Assembly: GCA_051362555.1 (NCBI GenBank)
Contig: CM120645.1
Span: 23,774,934 to 23,838,933 of the forward strand
Source of the DNA: Lingula anatina
Taxonomy: Eukaryota; Animalia; Brachiopoda
Length of the DNA stretch: 64,000 nt
Direction of reading: 5' to 3'
Shown here: piece after piece, positions 37,597-51,964 of the stretch
Position numbering within the stretch: position 1 is the first letter of the stretch
How the letters are laid out: every line of letters begins with the position of its first letter
Program-made: the position numbers and the translations under genes
The notes under the pieces: generated by a model
Told to the model about the DNA's origin: nothing
The model's database searches: none
The model's input: the letters and a program-made list of their open reading frames with translations, nothing else

Positions 37597-40138
37597 TCTG
37601 CAGTTTGGTGTACTTGAATAGAAGTTAGATATCAGCTAAATATAAGAAAATACAGGGAGACCTGTTAATAATTTCTAATGTTTTTTTTTAATGAAAACAA
37701 CTGTCGTTTTGGACAAGAAACGAATTTTCCTGGGGTAAACGACGATTTTCCCATACTTACCAATGGTTATTGAATCTATTCCGTCAAAGTAAGTCCACGC
37801 TATTTTTTTCATAAGTTTGTTTGTAATAATCTCGTACATGTAAGATTTGGATACATTTGAATCTGTATAGATAGGAAATGGGTTTAAGACAACTTAAGTC
37901 CCACATAACATTTAACGTAATATTTACCATAGTGGATACCAGTAGAAAACTTGAAGGGTACCATGGTCTTATATATCACAGGAAATAAATATCCCCGAAT
38001 TTAATCAATGATAAAATTAGAACAAATTAAAATACCCTCAAATAACTAGAGAATGTTTAAAATGGTACAAAAACAATATCGCTGACAAAATGATCAGGTA
38101 TCATGTTTTACATGTAGGTATGACTAGATCATGATCATAAAAAATAAAGTTAGAGGTTCGATTGAACCCAAGTGTTCATATAATTCTAAAGCTAAAGCTT
38201 TATAATTCTAAAGCTGTAATATTACACAAAGGTGTAACAAACGAAATAGGTCATAAAAATGTAATGGAGCAATTGATGAAAATATAAATGCTATGTCAAT
38301 ACAAATAATCGAGCAATCGATAGAAACATGAATATAATTTCAAAACGTACCTGTTAATGTTAATGTTCAAAACAGCAACAACTTGGAGTAGAGATCTACG
38401 ACCGAAATATCCACAAAACAGGCTTCGCTCGAGTATTTTTATGAAAAATTCTAATGAGAGCCACGTCAGCTGCTCACATACGGGTATTTTGACGTACTCA
38501 AAAAAAGGTAAAAGTACATTGTAAATGAACCCTTTAACAGTTTTTGTGCGACGTGACTGTCCGTCTTGGGAGAGGGAGGTCGAATTTGTTTTAGTCTGAA
38601 GGACATTTTGCTTACGTAAAATTGTGTGAGAGCAATCTGTTTATCCTGTTTAAAGCATACAGATGTAATTAGGAAATTCTGTCGAGTAAAAAGGAAATTC
38701 TGTCCTGTGTAAAGCATACAAATATATATATATATATATATATATGGAATTCCCAATAGCATCTGATAAGGTCACGTACGACTATTGCCTGCATCACTTA
38801 ATTACATGTTTAAAAACCCATGAAGACAAAAGACAACATATAAGAAATCAACAGAAATACAATAAAAAGCAGTAGTGGCTCATAAACCTACCAGTATAGC
38901 ATCATGAAAATCGGAAAAAACAAGATTGCTCAACCCTTCCATCGTTTAATTGAAAAGTCGTTACATCAGCACTTTAATACGGTTTGTGACAGATGTTATT
39001 TTGCACCTGTACAAAATTATTCCTGGTAACCAGTTTTCCTGGAAAACCTGTTTTTCGTTACTATACAATTGACCATAATGTATTTCATACATATGAATAT
39101 AATAAAAAAAGCATTTAATCATGCTGAGAAAGAGTTTGACTGGTGAAGTCAAAAGTGTTTGGACGAAAGCAGTTAGTGTAACTGAACAGTTTATAATCTT
39201 TTTTACATGTATATTACAACACTACTACACAGAACAATTTCTATCAGGTAATGTATTTAAGCCAACTCACTATATTTTAATATTTATGAACAATTAGTAG
39301 CCGTTTGTACTGGACAATTTCTTCTTTGAACGCGTGAATTATCTACCTTTTCTCTGATAATATCTTCAAAATAGGAAGTGAAATGAAAAAAAAACTGAAT
39401 GAAACAAGTCTATTTAGTATCAGTGTTTGCAGTGTTAAAAAGCACTGTTATATATTGAAAATCTGACACTATAAAACACCTAAAACACTTAAGTGCCATC
39501 GAGTCTACCAGTATCTCTCGCTTCACAGTTAGCACGGAAAATGACACATTCGACACTTATGTTAATTTCTTTCAATTTACTGTGTTAGCTACTCAAATTT
39601 TAAGCCACGTAAATCGTGTTCCAAAATCCCGCATCTTTTTGACCAATGATGTGTGTATATTAGTAATATGTTTGATTATGAGGTTTACTACAAAGGGATA
39701 TAATAACGAAGACCTTTTAACCACCAAACTAGTTTAATTTTTTAATAATTAGTAAATTGCTCGAGTGGAGTTGAACAAAATATTCTCAGACTGATGATTC
39801 ACTATAATATTTTCCTGTCATGAAGTCTTCTTAAAAACGCGAACTGAAAAGGGAAGAAATGATGTTCAATAAAATAAGTATATTAACTAGACCAACCAAA
39901 TGGCTGAACATGCAAAAAAAAAGTGTTATACATTGACTCTCATCGTCTGTTATTGAATTTGCGTGAATACATCGCATCGTTCTTGTTTTAAACCATGGCT
40001 ATTAGGCTTTTGGGAGTTCAGTCTAATACTGCATACGTTAAATATTCCGACAAATATCTATCTATTTATCGATACACAAAATAAAGGAGTCACGCATTCA
40101 AAACTTACCAATTTTATGGCAAATATTGTGGTAGCTAT

Positions 40139-41988
40139 TTACTCCAGCGTAGGGTCGTACTTTTTCAACATCTGAAATTGATTATACTTATCGAATAGCA
40201 GTGTATATGATCAAATCATCATTATACAACATTCATTTTTGAGTTTGCTGTCACAAACGGCTTTAGTTTCCGAGTATTCATTAAAAAAGTGTGATGTACC
40301 TATTCGTCAGATGGCAGCACTGCGCATTCAAACATGCTAACCTACAGGGTTGCTTCTTCATAGTTTAGGTAAAGATCATCTGAATTTTTTCCAAAGGTGA
40401 CATGTCTTTCGTATTTACATGTATCTGCTATTTGTCAGGTACTCAATTTCTAGTATTGATGAGCTAACCAAACGTTTTATATGAGATACATAGCTCCAAC
40501 ATGCTTAATTTCAAAGATTAAAAATGTCGTTGCTTTCGAAACGCCACCTATACGGATATGGCCGTACTTCGTTAAGTACGCGAAACAGTCCTACAAAGTA
40601 GTAAGTGCGCACTAGGTTTTTGTTTATATTCATACTCGTACTTCATCGCCTGCGAAATCTCCCTAAAATTAAAATCAATCAGACCTTTTCACACGCCTCG
40701 ACACATTCGTCCATTTCTACCTGACCATTACCTGAAAAAGAAACCAACAGTCATTTTATGGGATGTCGGACAGTTCAAGCACAAGTCCCCACACTGACAT
40801 TTAAGTTTAATGATATAAAAGAGGAAGAACCATGCATATTATTAATATGACTTAGACGAGTACTTTTTGACATAAAATGAAAACTAACTCATACTTCAGG
40901 TATTTGAAGAACGCTGTTATGGCGGGGGTAAAAAGCACTTACCATTGGTATCTAGTGTCAATAAGTCAGACACTTCATCTTCTGTCAGTGCCCCGTCTCC
41001 ATTAAAATCAACTATTTCAAAGAGTGCACTAGACCATAGCGGTTTAAATGTGGGATCCATTTTGACATTAAACTTCAGCATTTCACTTTGTGTGACTTCA
41101 TCATTGTCTACAAAATGGAAGAATGTTGAGCACTGTTGATTAAGCATTGTTTAATTCCATGGCTTCGTACAATTAATCTTTCAGAGAAAGTTCAATGTGT
41201 TCATAGTTTCGCCATACTTTTCATACTGTAGATTATTCTAAAATACCCACTATCTCAATGCTATGAATATTGGCAAGGGCTGTTGTCAGTGACTTCATAA
41301 TTCAAGGGTTATTTGTGAAAATATTCTAAATTATACCACGAATTTGGTTATTATGCAACGTGTCATGTTAATTTTCTGGTATAATATCAAGTTTATTTCA
41401 GAAAAAATACAGTGACAAATTTCGGATTTGTTGCGGTGTTATAACCGTTACAGATAAGACATACTGCGTTACGGAAGTGACATGCTGCAACTTACGATCA
41501 ATGTCGGCAGAAGCCACGACAGCAGCCCATTCAGACACTGTGATAATATCGTCATTATTAGTGTCCGCGAACTGGCAAGCCATCCTCCCAATCTCCGCAG
41601 CTGTCAAGTGAGGCTTTTCGCCATTTGCAGGAGCACAGTGACTAGAATAATGTAAATTAATTCAAATAATCTTTCTGCTGGGTATTTGCAAATTAATACT
41701 GTATGTACTGTGTTCAAGAAGATATGTACGCGTATTTCATTAAAAATGTCAAAACTGCAATGCTTATGTGTACGTTTTTCAAAATCACCCTTTTGATTTT
41801 GTGTCTTATACAACCATCCTACATTGTGATTGAATTTGGAAAAGTTTGAAAATCATGTCAGTTGGTTTTGATGCAACAGCAAATAAAATGTCGAGAGAGA
41901 GAGAGAGAGAGAGCATAAGCACAAGTGCTTACATGTTCGTCGCCATGGAGACAACACACAGAACCACGATTACCAACTTCAACTTCAT
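40139..41988 (-). CDS. Gene D: secreted 4xEF-hand calcium-binding protein, 148 aa
   Basis: Exons complement(41933..41988,41496..41641,40943..41107,40685..40731,40139..40171). Starts MKLKLVIVVLCVVSMATNIHCAPANGEKPHL. Loops DTNNDDIITVSE, DIDHNDEVTQSE, DFNGDGALTEDE, DTNGNGQVEMDE. Ends MLKKYDPTLE*. Confidence 0.9.
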
Positions 41989-44126
41989 TCTGCAGTTTGG
42001 TGTACTTGAATAGAAGTTAGATATCGACTAAATATATAAAAGTACAGTGAGACATGTTTATAATTTCTAATGTTTTTTTAAATGAATTTTAATAAATTTT
42101 CCTAGGATAAAAGACGATTTCCCATACTTACCAATGATTAATAAATCTATTCCACATTAAAAGTAAGTCTGTGTTTTTTCTAATGCTTTTTGTAATCATC
42201 TCTCATTATTAATCTCTTAAGAGATTATTACGGGGGTATAACCATCTACGAAGGTCCATGGTCTGACACACGAGATACAACACTCCCCCCCCCCCCCGTT
42301 AGATTATCTTCTAATAATTAAACGCATCAATCACAGTTCAAAACATATTTTAAAAACCCTCAAAATAAGCAGAGACTACGTATAAAATGGTACATAAATC
42401 CTTGCTGAGATAACCGATATCGACGACGAAATTATCAGATATAAATTTTTGTATGATTGATCATCAAAAATAAACTTTCGATTGGACTAAAGTGTTTATG
42501 TAATTCTAACATGACACTCGTGGTAAAGCTGTTATATTACACAAAGTTTAAACAAGTGAAATAAGCCATAGAAATGTAATAGAACAATTGATGAAAAACA
42601 TAAATGTTGTTTTTTTTTACAATAATCGAGGAATCTCTTTGAATATGAATATAAAACTTACTTGTTGGTGCTAATTTTCAAAACCGCGATGACTAGGAGT
42701 GGAGCTCTCTGACTGAAATATCTACTAGAAAGGCTTCGCTCGAGTCTTTTTCTGAGAAATTATAGTGAGAGACAAGTCACCTGCTCACTACGGGTATTTT
42801 GATGTACTCGATGAAAGGTTAAAGCATACAAAAATATATAGGACATTTTGAAAAACAACGGATAAGGTCATAGAATGTCTGCCCGACAGCTGCCATCATC
42901 ACTTTTACAAGTGAAAAAGACCCTTGAAGACAAAAGACAATATATATAATAAACAAATGGAAATTAAAATGCAGTAGTGGCACATACAGGTACCAGCATT
43001 TCATCATAAAAAAATGTACATTTGGATTAGATGTAAAATTCATTGTTCCCATTCTGAAAACGGTTTCGAACAAAGCTGATGCATTTTCTGACATATGTTT
43101 TCAAACAGCCACTGTTATATTTGTGGTTTTGGGATTTCTGCCAGGTCCGAACCAAACTAGGTCTTATGATCAAAAGGCAACAGCTGCTTTCGAGGACTAC
43201 AGATACCTATATTATTGTATTTTATGTTTCAAAGAAGCCACCTGTTTCATTGTCAAATTTTAATCAACACTTACAAAACGGGAGTCAGATTTGTTAATGA
43301 TTTATTGAGATTTAATAGGTACACTCCTATATTCGTTACATGTCTCTCGGTACAAACATTCGAGTGTTTTTCTTTTTCTCTTCTGTCTTTACTTGGCAAG
43401 ATACAGATAGGTTAAGTTTTACTTCATTTGCACGTCACTTGTTAGTGTGCTATGCTAATATGGAAAAGACGATTCCAATATACAAGATATAATTCAAAAA
43501 GGTAAATAATCAGAATAGATACACTTTTATAAGTCATACGTTAATTAGATATTATATATCCTGGGTAGCTTTATGTTAAGAAATATACGATATATACGAG
43601 TTAAGGAAAAGTATAAAAAAAGTAAGGATTCCATGCGTTCCAAACTGAAACAAAAAAGCAACAGAATGCCATCAACCTGTTGAGTTTTTCAGTTGCTTCT
43701 TTAACAACTTTGTCCGTCAAGTATTATAGAGGCATTCTGGCACACCGACTTTGCTAACTACACGAGCAAACAGTTCAGTAAGCAGCCGAAGAATCGCACA
43801 TAGGCAACTCCCTGCAGTCTTAATCGCTTTCATTTTCACTTTTATATTCTGTCTAATCAAACCGGAGAAAAAGAAAAGGATGAACACAAATTATCATAGA
43901 TTGAGGGCCATTTTTAAAGGTATTACCGCGTTAATGTGTTGTGGTTTTAAAATATATTTGATAAGTGGTAAGATTTCACTGTCCACAACTCTCATTTATT
44001 TGCATAGACTTCTTTGCTACCTGCTGCAAAGTTATGGACCGCTGTTCAGCAACTGATATCACGTTTCCTTCTGTGTCACGATGTACACTGACAAGGCATA
44101 AAAACAAAGTTCAATGAGACAGCACA

Positions 44127-47100
44127 TTATCCGCCAGCAGATGGCGCGGGGCTTTCAGCACGATACGCAGGGCCAAACGATATATTGCTGATCGCCGAGT
44201 TCCCAGTGAAAACCTGCGATACCACATCAATGACCACTCCGTCTGAGGTGTATCTTGTTATCAACACTTCCCGACGATCCCCTACGGTAGATTCTTCCGT
44301 TATCGTATACCTGCCATCTGGAAACGTTTCTCGTGTGGTTGTGATCTCCCTTTGCGTCCCATCTGGTCCTGCTTCTACCCTGCGGCTGGTTGTGACCTGG
44401 GGGTTGGCGGTATTTGACGAGAGGGTGCGAGAGTTGGCGGTACTTGACGAGAGGGTACGAGAGTTGATGATATTAGACAAGATAGTACGAGAGGTATCAG
44501 TAGAGCTTGCGACATTTGCAGAGGTACCGCTTGTGTTCGAGTCACAGATTTCATTTCGTCTCGAGATCTCTGGTGGTAGGTTGGGATCCTGTGTTGGAAC
44601 AAATTCCGTTATGACACGGCAACGTCCGCCACTGCTGCTAGACAGAGGGATTTCTTCTTCCATACGACCAAGCACCTGGTTTTCGGCACCTCTTGTCACC
44701 GTTGATACAATTCGCCGACCGCCCTCAATCCTCTCCGTCCGAGTCACTGTCCGTGTCTCCCTTATCGTCTGCCCGGATAATGTTCCCCCTGAAACGACCT
44801 GCCCGCTTATCAAACTGGAGGAACCTGTTTGCCCAGCAATTGTTGCTGTCAGAGTTTGACCATTGCGACAACCAATGATGACTTCTCTCCCTGATGACGT
44901 CACCACCTCTCGCGGCAAAATCTCACTTGAAGTACATCCACGAATCAGAACCCGTCTCCCATTGCTTGTGAACACTTGTGATCCAGATATCCTTCCGCCG
45001 GTTATGATTATTTCTCTACTGGAAGTTGTTCCCGTTGTCGCAGTGCCTTGCCCACTGATTGAAACGGTTGTCCCCTCTGTCCTGTTACTGAGAATTTGAC
45101 CATTTGCGCCAATTACCGAGAGACGAACCCCGGTCTGTCTTCCCCCGACCAATGTTACTTCACGAACATATGTCTTCCCCGCACTGTCTCGAGTTCTGGT
45201 AGTAGTAACCACCGTCAGGACTCCATTGATATCCAGTAAAGTCCTTCGCTCTATAGATCTCGAGATATTACGAACGAGTTCAGCCTCAGTGGTAGAGCTG
45301 CCACTCCCTTCAACGCGTCTGTCGATAACTTCACCATTTGCTCCAAGAAGGGTGATGACCACTCTTCTAGTTGTGCCTCCTACAACGGTCTCTTCCTGAA
45401 CGTAAGTTCTCCCTGCGCTGTCCAGGGTCCTGGTTGTCGTCACCACAGTTAACACTCCATCGATGTCGAACAACGACCTACGCTCTATCGATATTGAAAT
45501 ATTACGAACAGGTGGAGTGGGCGGAGTTACGACTATGGCACTACCCTCCACTCGTCTATCAATCACTTGGCCATTCGCTCCAATAATTGTTACTATAACT
45601 GTAGTCCTTTGTCCTCCGACTACCGTTTCTTCTCGAACGAAAGATCGACCGGTACTGTCAACAGTTCTGGTTGTAGTTACTACAGTTACAATGCCATTGA
45701 TGTCCGTTGATGTTCTTCGTTCTACGGATGTTGAAACATTACGGACTGGTGGAGTGGGCGTTGTTACAACAATGGGACTACCTTCTACTCGTCTGTCAAT
45801 CACTTGGCCATTCGCTCCAATAATTGATATTATAACTGTGGTCCTTTGCCCTCCAACTACCGTTTCTTCTCGAACATAGCTTCGACCGGTACTATCAACG
45901 GTCCGTGTCGTAGTTATTACAGTTACAATGCCATTGATGTCCGTTGATGTCCTTCGTTCTACGGATGTTGAAACATTACGAACTGGCGGAGTGGGCGTTG
46001 TTACAACAATGGGACTACCTTCTACTCGTCTGTCAATCACTTGGCCATTCGCTCCAATAATTGATATTATAACCGTGGTCCTTTGCCCTCCAACTACCGT
46101 TTCTTCTCGAACAAAGCTTCGACCGGTACTATCAACGGTCCGTGTTGTAGTTATTACAGTTACAATGCCATTAATGTCCGTTGATGTCCTTCGTTCTACA
46201 GATGTTGAAACATTACGGACTGGTGGAGTGGGCGTTGTTACAACAATGGCACTACCTTCTACTCGCCTGTCAATCACTTGGCCGTTTGCTCCAATAATTG
46301 TTATTATAACTGTGGTCCTTTGTCCTCCGACTACAGTTTCTTCTCGAACATAGGATCTACCGGTACTGTCAACGGTTCGTGTTGTAGTTACTACAGTTAC
46401 AATGCCATTAATGTCCGTTGACGTTCTCCGTTCGACGGACGTTGAAACATTACGAACTGGTGGAGTGGGCGTTGTTACAACAATGGGACTACCTTCTACT
46501 CGCCTGTCGACGACTTCTCCATTTGCCCCATACACTGTAATAATAACTGTTGATGACTGACCTCCTACGGTGGTCTCTTCACGGACTCTAGTCTGACCAT
46601 TAGGAAGTGTAGTCCTCGTGGTAGTCACTACAGTTCGGACTCCGTTAATGTCGATGGACGTTCTGCGTTCCACAGATGTACTGCCTGTCACAATCTGGCC
46701 CGATATCACGCGGCGACACGAGATGAAGACCTGACGTCCTGATGACGTCACGACTTCACGTGTCAGCGCACCACTCGCGCCGCAGCCTTGCACAACCACC
46801 TGCCTGCCATCTGACGTCAGCACTTGTCCACCGATAATTCTTGCGCCACTGATTATTCTCTCTGTCAACCCAGTGGAAGTTGACGTGGTCAGAGATCCAA
46901 GGTTAAGAACCAGACGAGTTCCCCCAGTGACTGTTTCTCCAGTTACAACACGGCGACATCGGATGTAAATTTGTCTGCCAGAGGATGTTGTCTCCTCGCG
47001 CGTGATCACCCCTGCGCTGCCGCAGCCTTCCACCACCACCTGCCTTCCATCACCTGCAATTATCTGTCCTCCACTCACTCTACCGCCGTTTACTAAAAAC

Positions 47101-49526
47101 TCTCTGTTGGTGGAGAAACCGCCATTGATTATCAATCGTCCGCCAGAAGTACCAGAAGTAGTAGTAGTAGTGCGCTGTCCATTTACAATGACTGTGATTT
47201 CTCGTCGACTTCCGCCCGCTGTCACGGTTCCTCCGTTAATCACTCGGCGGCAACTGAGATAGATTTGCCTCCCTGCAGACGTCTGTATTTCTCTGTTGAT
47301 GGTTATCCCAGTGGAGCCGCAGCCAGGCACTTCCACCAGCCTCCCATCACTGGTGATCACCCGCCCACCAACAACCCGAGCGCCATCTAGGAGAAATTCC
47401 TGAGTGGGTGACGTAAGACCGCGTACAATAAAGCGTCCTTGTGAAACGTTGATCCCACCACCGCCACCAGAGATCCGTATGATTCTCAACCCTCCGTTTA
47501 TGATCATGAGCCTTCCAGTGATAACTCTTCCTCCACTTATTACAATCTGTCGTCTGCTCGAACTTGAGCTAGAAACAGAAGTGGAGCTAGAGCTGAAAGT
47601 GCGAGAAGAGACAGAAGTTCCCGAACCTCCATTAAGTACAGCGCCACCTCTGAAGGGTGAGGAAGCAAATCTAGGCACAGGTACCTCGTCTACAGCAACA
47701 CTGCCCTCTACCATTTGGACGTCGCTTCCAGACCCCGGGACAATGACAACTTCTTCCTCGCTTTGACCTTGACCTCCAGTCACTGCTGTTTCTACCAGAG
47801 TTCTGTTAAGCGTGATCACGCGTCCTCCACTGAACAATCGGCCTCCATTTATTATGACTTGCCGGCCGTCAGTGGTTGTCGATGAACCCCCTCGATCTTG
47901 TGTGACCCTCAGCGAGCCGCCAACCCGACGGATGGTCAGTTGACCTTGACCTTGACCCTGATTGACTATCACTGTCCCATCAGGCTGGACGCCGCTCACT
48001 GAACCGCTGATTGTGATTATGGAATCAGTATCGGGAACAATTTTCCCGCCGGTGATAGCAATATTGTCCCCGCCCTCAGAGACACTACCTCCCCTTACAC
48101 GAATGACTCGCCTGCTTGAAGAGGTAACCAGGTTGGAGCTTCTAGAAACAGAATCCGCTGTCGAGAGGACGGTACCAGCGGACGCTGAGGTTCCCTGTAA
48201 CACAAGAGCTGGACGTTCTCGTATCACTGCGGCTGAGAGTTGTTGTACAGGTGCACTGAGTAAAGCAGAGTTAACAAGTACTCTTGACCTGGCACTGGTG
48301 TTGCCTTCCAGGATCATCCCACACGTAATAGGGCCGGAACCTGTCACGCTGGCTGGGTCTATAGCCGTCCCTGGAGCGCACGGCATCTTATAGGCGTAAC
48401 CATTGGAACACTGAACAAGAGAGCGCATGTCTTCGTGAGCATAGATGATGTTTGGAGACTCGCACGATCCTGGAAATGAAGACGAAACTCGAATTAGTGA
48501 TCGTGTGAACTTCGTGGACGCCAAAACGAGTTTAATCAGTAAAACATTTGAACTTAGTGCTGTAGGTCTGGCATTTGGTCATTTGAAAATCAAAACGTCA
48601 CCTGTTGGCGAAGATTCTTTTTCTTGTGTTAGTACGATAAAAGGCCATTGTGCTAGCTTTTGTCTATGTAAATCTAAGCAAAGCATAATGAAAATTTTAA
48701 GTGTGCCACAGAAATTATGATACAAACGTCTTCCGTGTCTAAATTAGCAAAACTGTGCCGAAATAGAGTATCAGAGGCCCGTATTTTACTGCGTTCGTGA
48801 CGTCAAAAGTTTCAGCGCGTTAGTTTTTAAGCTTACACATATTTTGAAATAAAAAATAGTAAATGCCAATAATATTGAACATTTCATTGACACAGGGATC
48901 ACGAACCTCGAAATATGCCTCCGAACGCTTTCCCCTGCTGCACCGTGGCTTGGTTCATGTTAAAAGGGTTGTGAAGTCCCGCCGACCCCGCGGCCTCGTT
49001 TGACATACGGAAACCCATGAAGTGCTCGCCGCCCGATGCTGAGTCACTGAAAAGGTAAATACAAATGGTCTTCTTATGAAATATGTTCATTATGATAAAG
49101 TTTTAATTTATTCGAAAAACCATATGAAATGGCAGACGAAAAGACAAAATACGCGCCTTGTGTTTTACCGATAATAAAAAATTAAGTAGCAAATTTGGAT
49201 GCCTTTGATATTTTTCTCAAAAAAAAAAAAAAAAATCACTCTTGACTCGACAAGTGCTTACAATTTGGCTAACTTTCTCTATCTTCTTTGATTAAAAGTA
49301 AATAAAATTTGCTTCCAAAATAGGAGCATTTTGGATTTCGCGAGGAAGGTATTTTCGCGAACAAACACGTACCAGAATCATATCAAGTAACTTTCAAGAT
49401 CTTTTCTTTTTTTTTAAATTTTATCTACCTTTGTCCAGCTGATGTCCTAGTGACAGTCTGACCACATACAATGTCCAGTAATACAGCGATGACCGCCAGG
49501 TACGTCAATCGTCCTAACACCGCCAT
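44127..49526 (-). CDS. Gene E: secreted ~1526-aa Thr/Gly/Val/Arg/Ser-rich repeat protein with N-terminal chitin-binding-like (ChtBD2/peritrophin-A-like) domain
   Basis: Exons complement(49429..49526,48907..49046,44127..48469), intron phases 2 and 1, total 4581 nt. Start lies in a strong Kozak context (cgccATGG). Signal-peptide-like MAVLGRLTYLAVIAVLLDIVCG. The 4.3-kb open exon begins GSCESPNIIYAHEDMRSLVQCSNGYAYKMPCAPGT. Contains 79-aa (237-bp) tandem repeats at about 45060-46690. Confidence 0.88.
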
Positions 49527-51209
49527 GGCGTACCTCTTTCTATCCCCGATAGACCCGCGTCTTCACCCACTAAAATATCCCCGTATTTCAGTCGTCCAGT
49601 GCTCCTTGCTCAGCCCACTAACACTTCTGCTGGTAATATCAAGTGTGATGTTTATTTAAATGCACAAACCGGGGTATACACTCATATGTTTGGCCTGATT
49701 CACTCGTCTTTTTTCTCTACACCGGGCTCCTGATCAACTACGACACACGTGTACCATAGCATATATGTTTTAAGAGACATCAATTCGCATCAGGCATTAA
49801 ATTCTTATTTCTAGGAATTATGTGAATACTAGATTTGGGGACAAAAAGTTTAGTTACCTGCGTTTTACTTAAATAATTTTTTTTATTTTATTTTATTTTA
49901 TTTTATTTTATTTTTGGGGGTGGGGTGGGGTGGGGGCTAATGGCCCTAGGATGTTTACACAACGTCTTCACTATGCTTATTTCAGATATCAAATGTAATG
50001 ATAAAATCATATCCTTAAAATTCATCCCACCTTCTCATTTTGGTCCTACTGCTTTATTTATTTATTTCTTTTATTTTTATTTTTGCTTTTTTTCAGACTA
50101 TCTAAACATACCCACGCCGCACCTGGACCGCACGCGAACTCAACCAGTGTGAACAGGCCTCGCGTCTTCTCCGTCATGCCGCTGGTTTGACAGATGGAGG
50201 TGGCGGTGCCGTGGAGCAGGTCTCGTCTGGGGCGTTGAAATTCTGGACATAATTACTTAGGATGATTAATTAATCAGCTTGTCAGTGTATTATTTCCGCT
50301 CGTTTTTGTCAGGTGAGAAAGGATTGCCCACCGGTTTAATTAGACTGAAGGTGCGATTATTTATGGAACCGCTGCAGAGGACGACTGACTTGATATCCTC
50401 GCTCATGAGAAATAGAGTTATCAGGTCTATAAGTCCTAAATACTGGTAGAAATGCAAACAGAATGTTATCCAATCAAGCAATTGGATAATTTTTGAGAAT
50501 GTTAAACAGGAATTGCACAGCATTTTACCAGATCATGATATTTCAGCAAAGAAACAGTCAACGATAGCTTCTCCTCTCTCTCCTGTCTTCTTCACAATGC
50601 CGTTTTTATTCTCAGCCAGGAAAAATTAAACATAGGATTGATCTTTAAAACATGAAATTTATACACCGACATTTTGCATTCTTTTGAGTGACCACGTGAA
50701 GCTGTGAAGATGACACGTTCATTTAGTAGACAAAATATTCTACGATTGTATGTTAAAACTGAACTATTCAAAAGCTCTGTGAGAAAAAAGTTTTTTAACT
50801 GAAGTGTTTCTCTTGGACAAAGTAGATTTATTATTTCAAGGTTCTTATGCGTCTTGTTTTTATTTATTTCCTTTTCTTTTTCTTTTTTATGACGATAAAT
50901 TTACAATGTTTTCTGTTCGCAACCTGTTGATTAATCTATTCATTTCTAATTCTTTTAAATGATACAGTGAGGTTATTCATTCATTTATCTTTCTTCCCTT
51001 TTAGTCACTTATTTATTCTTCTAGTTATTCATTTATATTTGAAAAATTTCAGATATTTGTTTTCCTCATCTTTCATTCGTATCTGTTTGTGTCTTTTGCG
51101 TCCTGTGGATACCATACGGTACCAAGGGGCCAGTTGTGTTGGAGCAATTTATCTGGGAAAATAAATAGCACTGGATCGCACCTGTCTACGTTATGAGATC
51201 GGTCACTTG

Positions 51210-51250
<41 letters not shown>

Positions 51251-51964
51251 GCTAATAATTGACTGCAAGCATACATTTACAGTATATTAATCATATATTT
51301 TTCTCTTAATCCCTTTGTCTTTTTGTCTCTTAGAAGAAATCTAACATACAGGAATCGCGTTATTTTTCATTTTTAACTCTCTCAATATAGTTTATGCTTT
51401 CTTATTATTATCGATACATGTTCCAAGGTAAACGCTCTGATTTACTGGAGAGAAATACATTATTAAAACGGATATGATTGTGTTTGCGATACTTTCCGAG
51501 TTTAATGAGCTTATTCCATTCATTTTAAACACAGTATAAAAAGGTGATTCCATCAAGCGTTAAATGGTTTTGTGGGGAAGTCTTAAAATGACAGAGATCT
51601 CAGGTCCAATAGATATGTTATGATCATTGCTAATATTGGAGGAAAACGTTGAAAAGAAAATTTTGACGAATTATGAAAATAGCACCCCCCATCCGAAAAA
51701 CGAAGGAAAGAAAGCTAAAGAAAAAGAGCAAAAAGAGGGCGGCTGCATCATATTTTGGCGTTTATGATACTTAATAAGTGCTAGTTTGATTTCATTTTCT
51801 TAATTTCATTTGTAATAATTCAGTTAAGAACGAACTTTTTAAAAATCAGTATGCTAAAATTTAGAATTGCAAAAAAATAATATCGGGGATTGCATGATCA
51901 GAGTAATGGCTGGGAAGAAATTGAAGTCGCACACCCATAAACAATTCTACATGTACTCCTAACT

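Larger units (their letters stand above)
26830..39640. repeat. Segmental duplication unit 2 (B2+C2)
   Basis: As unit 1. Lacks the Ngaro element, the 8-bp-TSD MITE and the LTR fragment, and carries a private LINE fragment. Confidence 0.9.

Noticed and set aside
7150-39640. Duplication as a pure assembly artefact (two haplotypes in tandem)
   Set aside because: Not favoured, because B2 has a chimeric D-like flank and noticeably diverged edges. It cannot be fully excluded without read data.
48470-48524. ORF-track start MASTKF... for gene E (and MYPLG at 58211 for gene F)
   Set aside because: These are TTG starts in intron sequence. Acceptors at 48470 and 58199 and phase-compatible upstream signal-peptide exons explain the genes better.
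44185-48720. Plus-strand ORFs overlapping gene E
   Set aside because: Antisense shadows of the same repeat-rich exon.
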